DNA of 63,828 nucleotides, the filler included, from Sphaeroforma arctica JP610 (Eukaryota): assembly GCF_001186125.1 (NCBI RefSeq). It is 5 parts of 2 records of this genome, joined end to end, with 100 filler letters (N's around TTAATTAATTAA, not from the genome) between each part and the next. Parts side by side here need not be neighbours in the genome. Positions count along the whole stretch, not along the records: positions 1 to 12,970 come from NW_014040554.1; positions 13,071 to 30,599 come from NW_014040554.1; 3 more parts are not named here. One strand, written 5' to 3'. The position numbers and the translations under genes were made by a program. The notes under the pieces are model-generated. The model was not told where the DNA came from. It saw only the letters and a list, made by a program, of their open reading frames with translations, and searched no databases. Every line of letters starts with the position of its first letter. The first letter of the stretch is position 1. Positions 1 to 15,563 of this stretch are shown piece by piece.

Positions 1-327
1 CATATGTTTATATACATATACCTACGTTTATATATATACCTATGATTATATATACATATGTATGTTTCTTTATATACGTATGTTTATATATGTATGTTTG
101 TTCATGTGATGATTCTCTCGTATGACCTTCAATTAGAGTAGGCCCTGGGTTACGGAAAGGTTTCTAAATACACTCACATACGTATAAAATACAGATACCA
201 GATAGCTGCATGAGCAGATAGATTTTTTGTACCTCGTATCGCCTCGAGGCAGTGGCTCTATCTTCCTTTGCCCACCGTTTTACGTGATGCCTTCCCCTTC
301 AGTAAACACACAGCTCAACACTGACCG

Positions 328-3848
<3,521 letters not shown>

Positions 3849-3862
3849 CACTAAGCACACCG

Positions 3863-3949
3863 AATTAAACCTACTCCAAAGCATATGGCCTTATTTTATT
3901 GGTTGAAATTAAACCTACTCCAAAGCATATGGCCTTATTTCATTTGGTT
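3863..3949 (+). repeat. ~44-bp tandem duplication in the HECT gene 3' UTR
   Basis: aattaaacctactccaaagcatatggccttattt(t/c)attggttg x2. Confidence 0.9.
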
Positions 3950-4392
3950 GTGTCCGTATCCTCCATTGTAGTGTAGCGGATTGTGCAGCAATGCATGTTC
4001 GTGTATTGGCGCTACTTTTAGATCGAGGATACCGCTGCTGATTAATATCCTCATGGACCTTTGAAGTGACGTTTGGTTTCGCACAATTCAGTTGATGAGC
4101 GATTAAACTTCAGTGGTATAGTTTGATTGTTTACTGACAACCCACCCGAAATACAGGTTTGCGCATGTGAAAAGTCTCAACGGGAACTAAATTAGTAACG
4201 AAAATATAAATATAATGCGAAATGCCGATGTTGCTTCGTATCAGTATCATCACCAGACACAAAATTGTCTGAACCTCCGAACCTTAATCCGCCAGGTGGC
4301 TCTGTAACGCAAAGTCTAGTTTTCTGGAGAAAGGAAAGTGGATAAACCCTGAACCCTGTCCGTTTGCGATTTGCGAGAGCTTTTTCAATGCA

Positions 4393-4582
4393 AACACCAA
4401 TACTTTCTATGTCTTTGTCTCATGTATTATGAATTGTGTTCATTTGTTTGTCAATTATTAGTTCTTCATGTTGACCTCCTAGCCTTCTCAAAAGAACACC
4501 AATACTTTCTAGGTCTTTATCTCGTGTATTATGCATTGTGTTCATTTGTTTGCCAATTATTAATTCTTCATGTTGTCCTCCT
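4393..4582. repeat. 102-bp-period imperfect direct repeat
   Basis: aacaccaatactttcta...cttcatgttg(a/t)cctccta starts at 4393 and 4495. Confidence 0.85.
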
Positions 4583-5149
4583 AATTATGAATTGTGTTCA
4601 TTTGTTTGTCGCATTGCCTCGTGATGTATGTCTCATTGCCTCGTGGGAGCCAAAGAAGTATTTGTAATTGTTTAGTATCTATCTTGAGCATCTGTTGGGA
4701 TGATTGTGTCAGTTGTTCAACAAGTCCGACAGATTCAAATTTAGTCGACAAAAGAACTGCGCTGTCTGGGATTTCCCAGTGCTTCTTTCTGTGTTCAATT
4801 GCAGACGCAGTTGAAGATTTTGATTATATCGGACTTCTTGTGGAATCTTAACCCCCAGTAAGTTATCATCAATATACTTCTCGAAACTTCAGGCAGCGAA
4901 GCTATGCCAAGAGTTGTAAGGCCGCGCCACTTGTGTTGGTGCGAACAAGATGTGTAAACTCATATCCATTGTTCGTGTACGTTTCACGACGGGGGTTTCT
5001 AAAGGAATGACTGTCGTAAATACTCTAGGAAGTATCATCATTGAGTGGTACAAAAAATATACAAAAAGCTGCGTCATACATACAGGCAGCTTTGCTGCAG
5101 ACCATGGAAACTAAGATCTAGTTTTTTGGCGTAACCCATTCTGTATTCA

Positions 5150-6630
5150 AGCAGGGTCGTGCGAAGGCATTCGCGCTTTGCCTTTGACCGAAATAATGGA
5201 ACGAAGATCCAAGACAGGAACATGTGACATGTGCGATTTAGCGCAAATGTTCACGCCTATGCTACCATTTATAACATATCCTCCAACTGACAACCCAAAA
5301 TTTACGTGCTCTCGTTGTGATGGGAAATATGGACACACTCCAAATGTGGAATTTATATAGACCAAATGGTATTATACTGGCTACAGTGTCACAAATTATG
5401 TGACCCGCATCCACGTCGAATCATACTTCATTGAGACAGAAATAGAACACGCACTACTTTCTGGAGAAGATATGACTCTATTCCTGAATCATTTTTTGTT
5501 AGAAAATACTAATATGACTGATGCATCTCAACACTGAAATGTCAGGGAAGCAACATGCTTCTTTTTCTTTCGTGTATCGAATAGATGAGAATTCGACCTC
5601 ATACGATTCATAGTTACAGTCGAAATGACTTTCTAGTGGGGAACAATACTTACGCACACATATCGCACGAAGTACAAAATGTCCGAATTCAACTGTCCAA
5701 TTTTACTGGGTACAGACTGGAAAGATATCCGGGACAATGGTACATGCTGAACGGTGATGACGATCACCAAGGTCAACTATTAAACTACATAATACTCCTA
5801 TTGGCATCATAGAGTATATGTTTGGAAAATTTATACTGCATGCGAAGACACCCATATATTTACTCCAAAATTATATCAGCAGTCCCAGCCGATGTTCTGA
5901 GCCACTTCAATGTATTAAGTTGATCAGTAATCGAATGCAAACAAAATATTAATTGGAGACCTGATCATTTAAATCATTCATGACCCTCTAAAGAGAGAAA
6001 AAAGAAAAATGGCTGAACGGACTAACGTCCGTAGGACTTAAACATATTCTGAAACATGCCATAAAATGGTCTTTGACCAATGACCATAACCCGATCAAGT
6101 GAATATCAAGCACCTAGACAATCAAAAACATATAGAGCAGTATCTGAATGTAAAATACAAGAGAAAGCTTTGAAACCATGGCATCCAAATATGTTGAAAA
6201 AGTCATCTCTGGAACATTCGGATTCAGCCCCAGAAAAGTTTTCGATCATTTCAAATTTAGACGGGTAACTGACTATTCCAAATCTGACTCGTTGCGAACG
6301 ATTAATATCGACCATGTCTTCACGAATTTCAGGGTCCTGTTTTTGGAAGATTAATGAACTAATACTCAATCTCGAACACGTCTTTGCAGCACTACCTAAA
6401 AAACAAATATGGTATGATATTATAAGGCAAAATTGTAGCTCAAAAGCACTTCTAAGTCACTTGTAATTACAGAAGGGGCATTGGTTGATCCCAAACGCTA
6501 CGAACAGATAAAGCACTGGCCCGAGTCTGACACTGTTTAAAATGAAATGTTGCTAGGACTCACCAAATACTCCGGAAAATTCATAAAAGAATACGCAATA
6601 ATTTCCAGCTTATTGTTTCTGTTAAGGTAT
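5150..6630 (+). mobile_element. Heavily decayed Ty3/Gypsy LTR-retrotransposon relic (gag knuckle remnant, RT)
   Basis: CSRCDGKYGH knuckle remnant (~5307-5336); INIDHVF (decayed YIDD, ~6301); NLEHVFAAL...LLSH; then 6463-6627 VITEGALVDPKRYEQIKHWPESDTV*NEMLLGLTKYSGKFIKEYAIISSLLFLL, matching the Gypsy RT-connection pattern G..DP.K...I..WP.P.T...FLGL..YY.KFI..YA.I..PL..LL. Stops and frameshifts throughout. Confidence 0.65.
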
Positions 6631-7667
6631 GCGAGGGAAATGAGGGTCCGAACACCAGACCAAACACGCACCCATAATATGAACTAATATCATGCGCACT
6701 GCATTTATGACATTTCAAGCAGCCCTATCTACAAGAGCACTCGTATACTTGAATTACAAAAGGTCCATGGCAAACCGTTCGAGGTTTCGACTAGTCGATG
6801 GAATCTAGTATAATTGCAAATGGGAGGTTCCAAATACGGTCAGTCGACTTATGGTACATAGGCGGCAGCGAACATTCCCAAGTAGACGCGACATTACATC
6901 TGACAAGTGACGATGCTTACAAATGGTGTCTCCCCTGACTACGAGTATAGTGCTTGAAACAAAATTTCAGCATAATAGGCATGAAATATACTTATCGGCA
7001 TTAAATGAGCATGAAATACAATTATCGGCATAATTATGTGATTGCAAGCTAAAACGACCGCATATGCCAATTGTGCAATTCCACAGTCAATCCTCTCCTT
7101 CATTAGAAAAGCAACACAGAGCGTGTGTGTGAAAGCAAACCTCGCAGTATGTCTGAAAGACGCACAAAGGTACTTTTATTTAGTATGTAAAAGCGATTTC
7201 AAAATATTTCAAACATGAAACCTCACGAACTAACAATTACAAAAAAACAAAACTGACCACAGTCTATTTACTGTGTGAGACTGTAGTCGGTAAGTGTGTC
7301 AGTTAACTCGGAACACGACAGATATTTGTTTAAATTAATTGCAAAATTTCGATTTTAAAATCGATCAAATGCCAGAGATATTAATCTGGAACTTTGGATT
7401 CAGGAGTGTTTATTATCGTCGGAATTCGGAAGTCGGAACTTGGAACCCGGGGCTCAGGAGTCAGGAGTCAAACCTCAAGCCTTACATACACTTAGTGTGG
7501 CCCGGTCAGGGTAGGGTCTTCACTTCTCAGGTCCAGGAGTACACTCTCTGTCACTGTGGCTGTGTATCCTGCGAGGCTGTGCAGATTCCTGCCAGGCTGT
7601 GCAGTCTGCCGTGTGCTGCACTCTTGTATGTACTATGTAGCACTGCAGCTTCTTGTATCCGAACTTC

Positions 7668-8100
7668 TGAGTTGTGAGTTCACAACTGAGTTGTCGAGTT
7701 GCGAGTTGTGAGTTGTCGACTTGCGAGTTGCGAGTTGCGAGTTGCGAGTTGCGAGTTGTGACAGACCAATATTATATATATATATATTATTATTATTAAA
7801 TATTTGCTTGCGACTCTTTGAGTTTTGTATATAGTTCACAGTTGTGACAATATGATTATGTGAGTTGACTCTTGTGATGACTTGTGAGTTGTGAGTTGCG
7901 AGTTTTAAATTGCGAGTTTTGAGTTGTTGTGAATGATGAATTGACAATTGTGAGTTTTGTTAGAAATTCAAAATAGTATGTATAAGTTCTCAGTTCTCAC
8001 TATTTCTCAGCTGTGACTTGGTGTGAGTTGTGACTTGTCAGAGTTATGACTTGTCACCTTGTGAGCTGTGACTTGGGAGTTGTCACTTGTCAGTTGTGAC
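7668..8100 (+). repeat. 7-nt-period satellite (GAGTTGC/GAGTTGT/GACTTGT)
   Basis: gagttgcgagttgcgagttgcgagttgtga... with degenerate tgacttg/tgagttg units. Confidence 0.85.
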
Positions 8101-8725
8101 GTTCCGTCGGCTGTTGTCCGCAAACTTCAATACTTGTTACGTCGTAAAGAAACTCATCCTTCTCCATCCGTTTTCGATAGTTTATCGTCCATCTAAAATC
8201 AAATCATGAAAGTCTCGCTCTCTATTAGTCTATTTGTTTTAAAACAAATAGTATTTGTAGAAAAATAAAAATTGAAGAATGTTACAGCTATTTAACGAGT
8301 TCTGTACGAATCAGATTTGTTCCAATGCACAAGAGTAAAAACGAAAATTCTAAAAATAGAAGGAAGAGTGCGTCTGTTGATGACGATAGGGCTCTTGGGT
8401 TCCTCGTTAGCCTCATAACTGGAACATTTTAGCGGTGTTTTTTGTTTCCGAAAATAAAAGAACATATCCTTTTTTGAATAAAAAAATACAAACGGCCAAA
8501 CGGCAAACTTGAAACGCGTTCATCTGTTTATATTTTTTATTTATGATAAAAATACCAAATTCACACGCAATACATCTTTTTTATTGACTACAGTACAAAA
8601 ACCACAAAAACAACGATTTATCTATAGATTTTGCCTCAAATATGCCTTATTCCTGAAATAATAACGACTTGTTGTACAATAGATTGCTGCTGTCGCTGCA
8701 CACTTGTGAGTTTACTATGTATTGA

Positions 8726-8757
8726 CATAGCCTTCTGAAATATACAAGAAGGCTATG
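8726..8757. mobile_element. 32-bp CATAG...CTATG micro-element (11-bp perfect stem) with 7-bp TSD-like flanks
   Basis: gtattga-CATAGCCTTCT gaaatataca AGAAGGCTATG-gtattgg. Confidence 0.5.
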
Positions 8758-9212
8758 GTATTGGTTTAAATTATGGGTTACAAGAGATGATTGCTACATA
8801 TAACTTACCGGGACTTTTTTCTATACTCCCTCTCACTATAGGGAGAGAGAGAGTCCTAAAGTGTGCGTGTAGAGAGTAGTATCAGAAGGGCCAAGACTCA
8901 TCATCTCTCAGGGGGTCTACTAGTGCAGACGAGCTCTCTACGACCTACGTGTTACGGGTCTAAACCCTAAGGCCTGCCTATAGCTCACGTGTCCCGTACA
9001 TCACTCCCGTGAGGTCGTGTTTACTGCCTTGCGAGAGTCCTGACTCCCGTCCGCTCCAGAAACTACGTATATAGTTCACAGGTCTGTCCAAAGTCTCACA
9101 ACCCGCAGCCCCATCCTCTTTAGAGAGAGGACCTATCACCTGGTCTCGAGTCCACATCAGAGGACAGCCAGTCCTCTTAGTGGAGGTCCAGGTGACATCA
9201 CTACCGCTGGAC

Positions 9213-9245
9213 CATAGTCTTACTATGCCTGATTCAGAGGCTATG
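9213..9245. mobile_element. 33-bp CATAG...CTATG micro-element with 7-bp TSD-like flanks
   Basis: gctggac-CATAGtct...aggCTATG-gctgtac. Confidence 0.45.
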
Positions 9246-9844
9246 GCTGTACTCGTAAATGTTTACATTATTTGTTTTGTATTTCCCACGCATTCTTACC
9301 ACTTGAAAAACATTCATCATACGTGTATCAGCATGTTCGAAATCAATCACAACATTAAAAATGGCATAATGTTTTCCTCGGCCTTGAAAGAGGTTTGTGC
9401 CCTATTACAGTCTAAAACAGTTGATAGCATCCGTACCCCTCTGGCCAACGCAGACCGAAACATGTGTACTCCAAATCCAGTTCTCCAATTATGAGAGGCC
9501 CGTCTTTGTCTGTCACGAGGATGCCTGTTCTTAGGTCTCTTGGATACCACATTCCTTCCGGTGGGAATGAGATGCCCTGAAACTAAAATAAAGAATTTAT
9601 TTTTCGAAACGATTTGTGGCTCCACTAGACGAATCTATACATTCCAATTTTGAGTATCCCACTACTCAGTGTTGCATTTCAGTTTCCACCGAGACATCTG
9701 CCCAGCTCAACCGGGTGATTTCTATATCCGAGTGTACGAGAGAAGAACCTCGCCAATTCTGAATCAAATATGACCAAACTCATGCACACCGAAAGGCAGT
9801 CAAGACCAACCATCACCAGAGGCATATGTTTACAGGTAAAGTAA

Positions 9845-12732
9845 TTATACTGGTCTATTCTTCGTCTTCCTTGCACGTGCCATGGGTCTGTTAGCTGGCG
9901 GCATACCTCCCTGTGTGTTCCCATATGGTCCACCGAATGCCATACCCGGTGCCGTCTGTGCAGCGGGTTGACTTCCAAAGGCGAACGTACCTGCCGGTGC
10001 GGCCGGTGCGGCTCCTGCAGACCCACTTGTAGACCCTCCTCCAAATGTGAAAGGCTGCCCCGTGCCCGTAGTCGAACCTCCAGGTGTGGAGCCGCCAAAC
10101 GCAAAGGCTGCTGGTTTATCCGGCTGTACAGCTCCAAAGTTGAAGCCCGCAGAAGCCGGTGCCGGTGCCGGTGCCGCTGGTTGTGCAGTTGCGCTTGACC
10201 CAAAACCCCCAAAGCCTCCTGCACCTGTACTCCCGGTTACGGGACCGACAGTTGAACCAAAGCTTGATACAGGCGCGGCTGCTGCGCCGAAGCCTGTCGC
10301 AGGCGTATTACCAAACGCAGGGGATGCGCTGGTACCGAAACCAGGTGCATTTGTAGCCCCAAATGAGGGTGCAGGTGCAGTACTAGCGCCAAACCCGGTT
10401 GCGGCGCTTGTCCCAAAGGCGGGCGCAGGTGCAGCAGTTGCACCGAACGCAGGTGTCGCCCTGGTGGTAGCATTCGCGCCAAACGCAGGAGCTGTTGAAG
10501 TGCTCGATCCAAACGCAGGCGATGCTGTGGAAGACCCAAAGCCACCTGAGGTCGTGGTACCAAACGTCAGGTTGGGCGCGGCTGTGGACCCGAACGCAGG
10601 TGAAGTGGAGGACGGCCCAAACGCCGGTGCAGTAGTAGCTGCCCCAAATGCAGGTGCAGGTGTAGCGGTCCCAAAACCAGGTGCAGGTGTGTTAGACCCG
10701 AACGCAGGTGCAGCAGCTGTAGAGCCGAACGCAGGTGCAGCAGCTGTAGAGCCGAACGCAGGCGTGTTGGTAGAGGTGGACCCAAATGCAGGAACAGGTA
10801 AGGTTTTGTCCCCAGCCCCAGACGCCTGTGACTGCGACGCTCCGAAGCCACTGGCGGGTGGCTCAGTGTTTGCGGCGGTGAAAGCAAGCGAAGTGCCACC
10901 CGAACCGAACACGGGCGCACCTGTCGTGGCAGACGACAGGTTAGAGTTGTTTGACCCAAATGTGCCTACGGACCCAAATGCACCAATGGCCGTACTCGCA
11001 TTTGTCGCAGGGGGTGCAGTGTTGGTGGTACTGGCGGTGCTGCCGAAGCCGAGGCTCGGCGAAGCTCCTGCGGTGGCCGTGCTGAATGAGGGCGACGGTC
11101 CACTCGACCCGCCGAATAGGTTTGGGCCGGATGCATTGCCAAATATGGGGCTTGTGCTTGTGGGCGGGTTTCCGGGTAGCGCCGAGCTGGGCGTCAGGCC
11201 TGCACCGGCAGTTGCACTTGCACCAGTACCCGCAAATGACACTCCCGGCTTGAGTTGGCTGCCGCTGGACGTGGATGCGGGTTCCGTAGTGCCTCCGAAG
11301 GTCACGGTAGGTAGGACTGGCGAGTTCTTATTGGATCCGAAGGTAAAGGTGGTCGCTCCGCCGGCATTAGCTGTTGCGCTCTGGGCCGGGTTGCTGCCCC
11401 CGAAGGTGAACGACGGGGTTGACTGCTCAGTGGACTTCTTCCCTGCATTCTCAGTGGTTGCTGTAGAGCCAAACATGGGAGGTGCACCAGACATTGTACT
11501 GGCTGGGCCCCCGAACAGTCTTCCGGCTTCGGTACCACTGTCACTGTCGTTTGGCGCCTGTGCTGCACCCGCATCACTTATAACAGAGCCAAAACCAGCG
11601 AATAGAGGTTTCTTGGAGGGTTCAGATCCTGCACCTGCACCCGCAGCTGAGGGTAGGGCTGTTGCACTGGTTGTGGGTCCATCGGCGGTGCCTTTTTGGT
11701 CCGTTGACGTTGATCCGAACGGGATTTTGCCCAGCTTGCTTATGTCGAACGAAGAGCTTGTTGCACTTGGCTCGGGCGGTATGTTGAACGTGTAACTCGG
11801 TTTGGTCGTACTCGTGTCTGCACATGCACCTGTATCTTTTGGGTCTGCCCCCGTTCCATTTACACTGGGCTGGGCTGGAGCCGCAGAGCCGAAGCCTTTA
11901 AAGCAAGCAAAAAGGTCCTTCGCAGCCTTACCATCCCCAGGCAAGGGGTTAGCAGGCGCAGCAGTCGCAGCGGGCTTTGAGGTATGTGAAAGCTTGCTGC
12001 TTGTGAAGCCGGCGAACTTAACAGGTGGAGAGCCTGTACCAGCGCCATTGCCTGTTATGCTGAATCCGGTTGCGCTGGTGTTTTTATCTTTGGCCTGGTC
12101 CTTTGTATCGCTTGTGCTTGGTGAGGGTTTCCCGAATGCGGGCGCGGGAAGGTTCGGGAACTTTGACGCAAAAGATTTCTCGGTGCTCTCCGTTTCGGAC
12201 TTGTGATCGGCAGTACCGTTTTTGGGTAAGCCACTCACGCCTCCTCCAAAGCTTATACCCACAGGAAGAGCCAAACTATTCGTTGCCACCTTGCCGTTGG
12301 ATGTGGATGTGCGTTCCTTGTCATCAGCATTGGGTTTGGCTGGGGTGGCTGAGAATCCCTTGAATCCTGCAAACTTCACACCTGCCGTTGTATCTGCAGG
12401 CGCGGGCCTCTCCTTCTTTAAGTCACCAGTGCTCTCCGTGTCGCTGGGCAGCTCCTCCACCTTGACCGACTTCACTGTGAATGCCTCGCTGTCACCTGAC
12501 CTACTTCCAGGCAGTTCGGTACCGGTCCTTAAAACAGGTGCAGGTGTGCTTGGCGGGTCGCTACCCACCTTGGTGGATACAGATGCGGGTTTAGCGAATA
12601 CAAAGTCTTCTTTGGGTGGGGGCTGTAAGGCGCGCATTTTCTTGTAGGTAGTTTTCAGTCGGCCCCGTGCCAAGGGTTTTCGCTTGTTCGTTGGTTTGGG
12701 GATTGAAGTCTCACTGCCCAATATCAGCAATC
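9845..12732 (-). CDS. FG-repeat nucleoporin (Nup153/Nup1/POM121-like), large terminal exon
   Basis: 961-codon open frame with FxGF/FxFG repeats, then dozens of PAFG/xFG repeats in an S/T/A/G/P-rich background, and a basic C-terminal tail RPMARARKTKNRPV resembling Nup1/Nup153/POM121 termini. The acceptor ctctcctgtctgtgtaccacag on the minus strand gives an exon start at 12732. Upstream exons are not visible (linker at 12971). Confidence 0.88.
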
Positions 12733-12756
12733 CTGTGGTACACAGACAGGAGAGTC

Positions 12757-12970
12757 GGATTTAGGACAAAAGTCGTATTTGTGGGTAGCTCATACGAGTA
12801 TGTAGTAGGGATTTAGGGCAAAAGTCGTATTTCTGGGTAGCTCATGCGAGTCTGTAGTAGGGATTTAGGACAAAAGTCGTAGTTGTGGGTAGCTCATACG
12901 AGAATGTAGTAGGGATATAGGACAAAAGCAGTATTTGTGGGTAGCTCATACGAGTATGTAGTAGGGATAT
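12757..12970. repeat. 52-bp minisatellite (at least 4 copies) in the nucleoporin intron, running into a gap
   Basis: ggatttaggacaaaagtcgtatttgtgggtagctcatacgagtatgtagtag repeated with 52-bp period. Confidence 0.92.
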
Positions 12971-13070
12971 NNNNNNNNNNNNNNNNNNNNNNNNNNNNNN
13001 NNNNNNNNNNNNNNTTAATTAATTAANNNNNNNNNNNNNNNNNNNNNNNNNNNNNNNNNNNNNNNNNNNN
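12971..13070. other. Artificial scaffold linker N44-TTAATTAATTAA-N44
   Basis: Six-frame stop 12-mer embedded in Ns, exactly 100 bp; the same linker occurs at 30600-30699, 51307-51406 and 61568-61667. Confidence 0.95.
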
Positions 13071-13117
13071 TATATATACAGCCATATAGATATATAAATA
13101 TACATACATACATACAT

Positions 13118-13231
<114 letters not shown>

Positions 13232-15070
13232 CTGTGTGTAAATATATACATATAAACCTAAATATATTCAATGTACACGTGTACAAAAGTATATTTTAGG
13301 TTTAGCATTGATGCATATCTCGTTTAAATATTTGTATGATTGACGACTACGTATGTTATAATCGTATGCAGGCTCTTTAGAGCTAACATACTAAAACCTA
13401 AATACGCTTGAAATATACATACTTGCTACAGGTGATTATATATTGAGCAATATATAGGCAAGCATATATATGAGTCTGGCATCGTAAAAGTACACGGAAT
13501 GAGGAATGCCTATCATATAACTCCGTTTAACGAATCTAAATCGAACCATGCACAGACCTACACAAACACACATACCTTAAAGCACGCTGCAGCCTTTTCT
13601 CTGCCAGTCTATCTCGGCCTCGTGGTTTGTGGATTCCGTGGGCACTCGTTCGCTTACCTCTAATACCAGGAGGTTCCCGCTTGTTATTTTGCGTCAACTT
13701 TTGTCGTAGGGCTGTTGCTACGACCATCGTAGCAACCCCTGCAACATAGTATGCGGTGGCATATGGTATCATCGTAGTCACGTAACAGCTGATTCAGCGC
13801 ATGCAATAATCTATGAACGTCTGGTATGCAGTGGCATATACACCCACCCGAAGAGCAATGGATTTTATAACACTATCGAGAAGATACCACACACTCCGTG
13901 ACTGAACCTGCTCTTGCTTTACGATTACACAGGTACCTGGGCACAGGACAAATAGTGAATGTGATCGGCAACCACTAGCCTCTGAGGTGACAACTACTTT
14001 AAATCCCAACGTGAGGGGTGTCCTTGTGACCTGGATAGTATAGGTCTGTGTTAATTGGGGAACGCAGGTAGATAATTCTAACTTGAGACCGTCCCAAGCG
14101 AAGTCTCTCCTCTCTCTCTAGTCGCCAATGTGATCCGTTCAGGTTGCGAGTTGTGACTTGTGAGTCTTTTGAGTCTTTGTGTGAGCCTGTGAGGTTGACC
14201 AATTGAACCAGAGTGGTTAGTGGTTACTGGTTTAAACACATCATTTACTGTGTTTCTTTCATTTAACTAATGTGTGCATCCTGTGCTTCTCTGGTTGTGT
14301 GACTATTGACACTGGGTATGCAAATTCACAAGTTGCCAATTTATTTAAGTATTCGTACAACGCCTGCGTGTTGAATTCAGTAGGCTATGATTCGTATTTG
14401 AAACTTGCTCATTTTTAAATAGTTTCCATTTTTATTTTTATTTTACACCCGTTCTACGTACTATAATATTACACGGTCCATTATGGGTATTCTATTTTTG
14501 AAAAGCGTTTCTAAATTATTAGATAAATTGGCAAAGAAAGAAATAGAACTAAACCCAATAGGTTCGCCTGTGTGGTTTTAAGGCTTCAGAAAGGCGCCAA
14601 GTCACATACATAGAGTGTAAACAAAAACCCTAAAACAAAAATCATTGCCTTCTAAAAATTACACACAAAATTTTTTCGTACTAACCATAGCTGTTCTATT
14701 TGAGGCTATGTTTATTAATAGGTGTGTGTGTGGAGTGTTTTCGGGCTCTTGGTTAGGAGTGTGGAGTGTTGGAGTGTGGAGTGTGGACTATGGAGGTTTG
14801 TGTTGATACTGACCATAGCAAAGGATGAATTTCCAGTGATAATAGGTATCACTATTATGCTTGAAAGTGCTTACATTTATATATAAATATGTTGTTTTAA
14901 CCTACATTACTATTTACCCTTAGAAGTAGAGTAGTAGTGGAGGAACGTGGTCGATGCGTGAACCCAATGCTTAGATGCACTTCGAATCATTCAGTATGTA
15001 AACGCGCTTTCATATTCTTTACTTCAGCATGAAAACTATGTTTGCTGTATNNNNNNNNNNNNNNNNNNNN

Positions 15071-15563
15071 TCACTTCGCCATGAGCGAAATACAGCTCTT
15101 AGGCTACCGTATATTTGAGGAAGGTATTAAAATCGACCCCGGTAAGGTGGAACACCTGTTAGATTGGCGAACACCAACTACAGGACGAGATGTGAACAGC
15201 ATGTGTGGGTTTGTAAACTTCTTTTCAGATGGAGTACCACACTTGGCTGATTATCTTAAACCCTTTGGACACTTAAGATGTCATAAAGGCAAACTAGGAG
15301 ACTTGTGGACTAAAGAGTGTGATGACGTATTTAAAGCGCTCAAGCACGCAGTCCAACAAGCTCCTGTTGTACAAAGACCAGTCGATGGCGTGGCTTTTGA
15401 AATAGCAACAGACGCATCAGACTTAACACTCGGAGGTAAACTATACCAGGTTATAGATAATAAACCTGGGTATATACAATTCTTTAGCCGAGCAATGAAT
15501 GCATCACAATTGAATTATCCAACTGTGAAGCAAGAGCTACTAGCCATAGTAGCAGCTCTATCA
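15071..15563 (+). mobile_element. Ty3/Gypsy pol fragment (RT C-terminus, connection, RNase H N-terminus), uninterrupted frame between gaps
   Basis: LLGYRI..EGIKIDPGKVEHLLDWRTPTT...CGFVNFF...W..ECD.VF.ALK...APV...FEIATDASD...GGKLYQ...IQFFSR.MN.SQLNYPTVKQELLAIV.AL. Confidence 0.92.

Noticed and set aside
8832..8846. CTCACTATAGGGAGA, identical to the 3' 15 nt of the T7 promoter
   Set aside because: The upstream TAATACGA part is absent and there is no vector context; it sits in a ctccct...agggag hairpin and GA run, so it is most likely chance.
10047..11795. 582-aa + strand ORF (PNAG repeats)
   Set aside because: Antisense shadow of the GC-rich FG-repeat exon; PNAG is the reverse-complement reading of PAFG.
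13536..14009. Possible minus-strand exons and a perfect 10-bp hairpin (13714-13736)
   Set aside because: No recognisable protein motif and no consistent splice phase; separated from the nucleoporin exon by an artificial linker; the hairpin alone does not identify an RNA gene.
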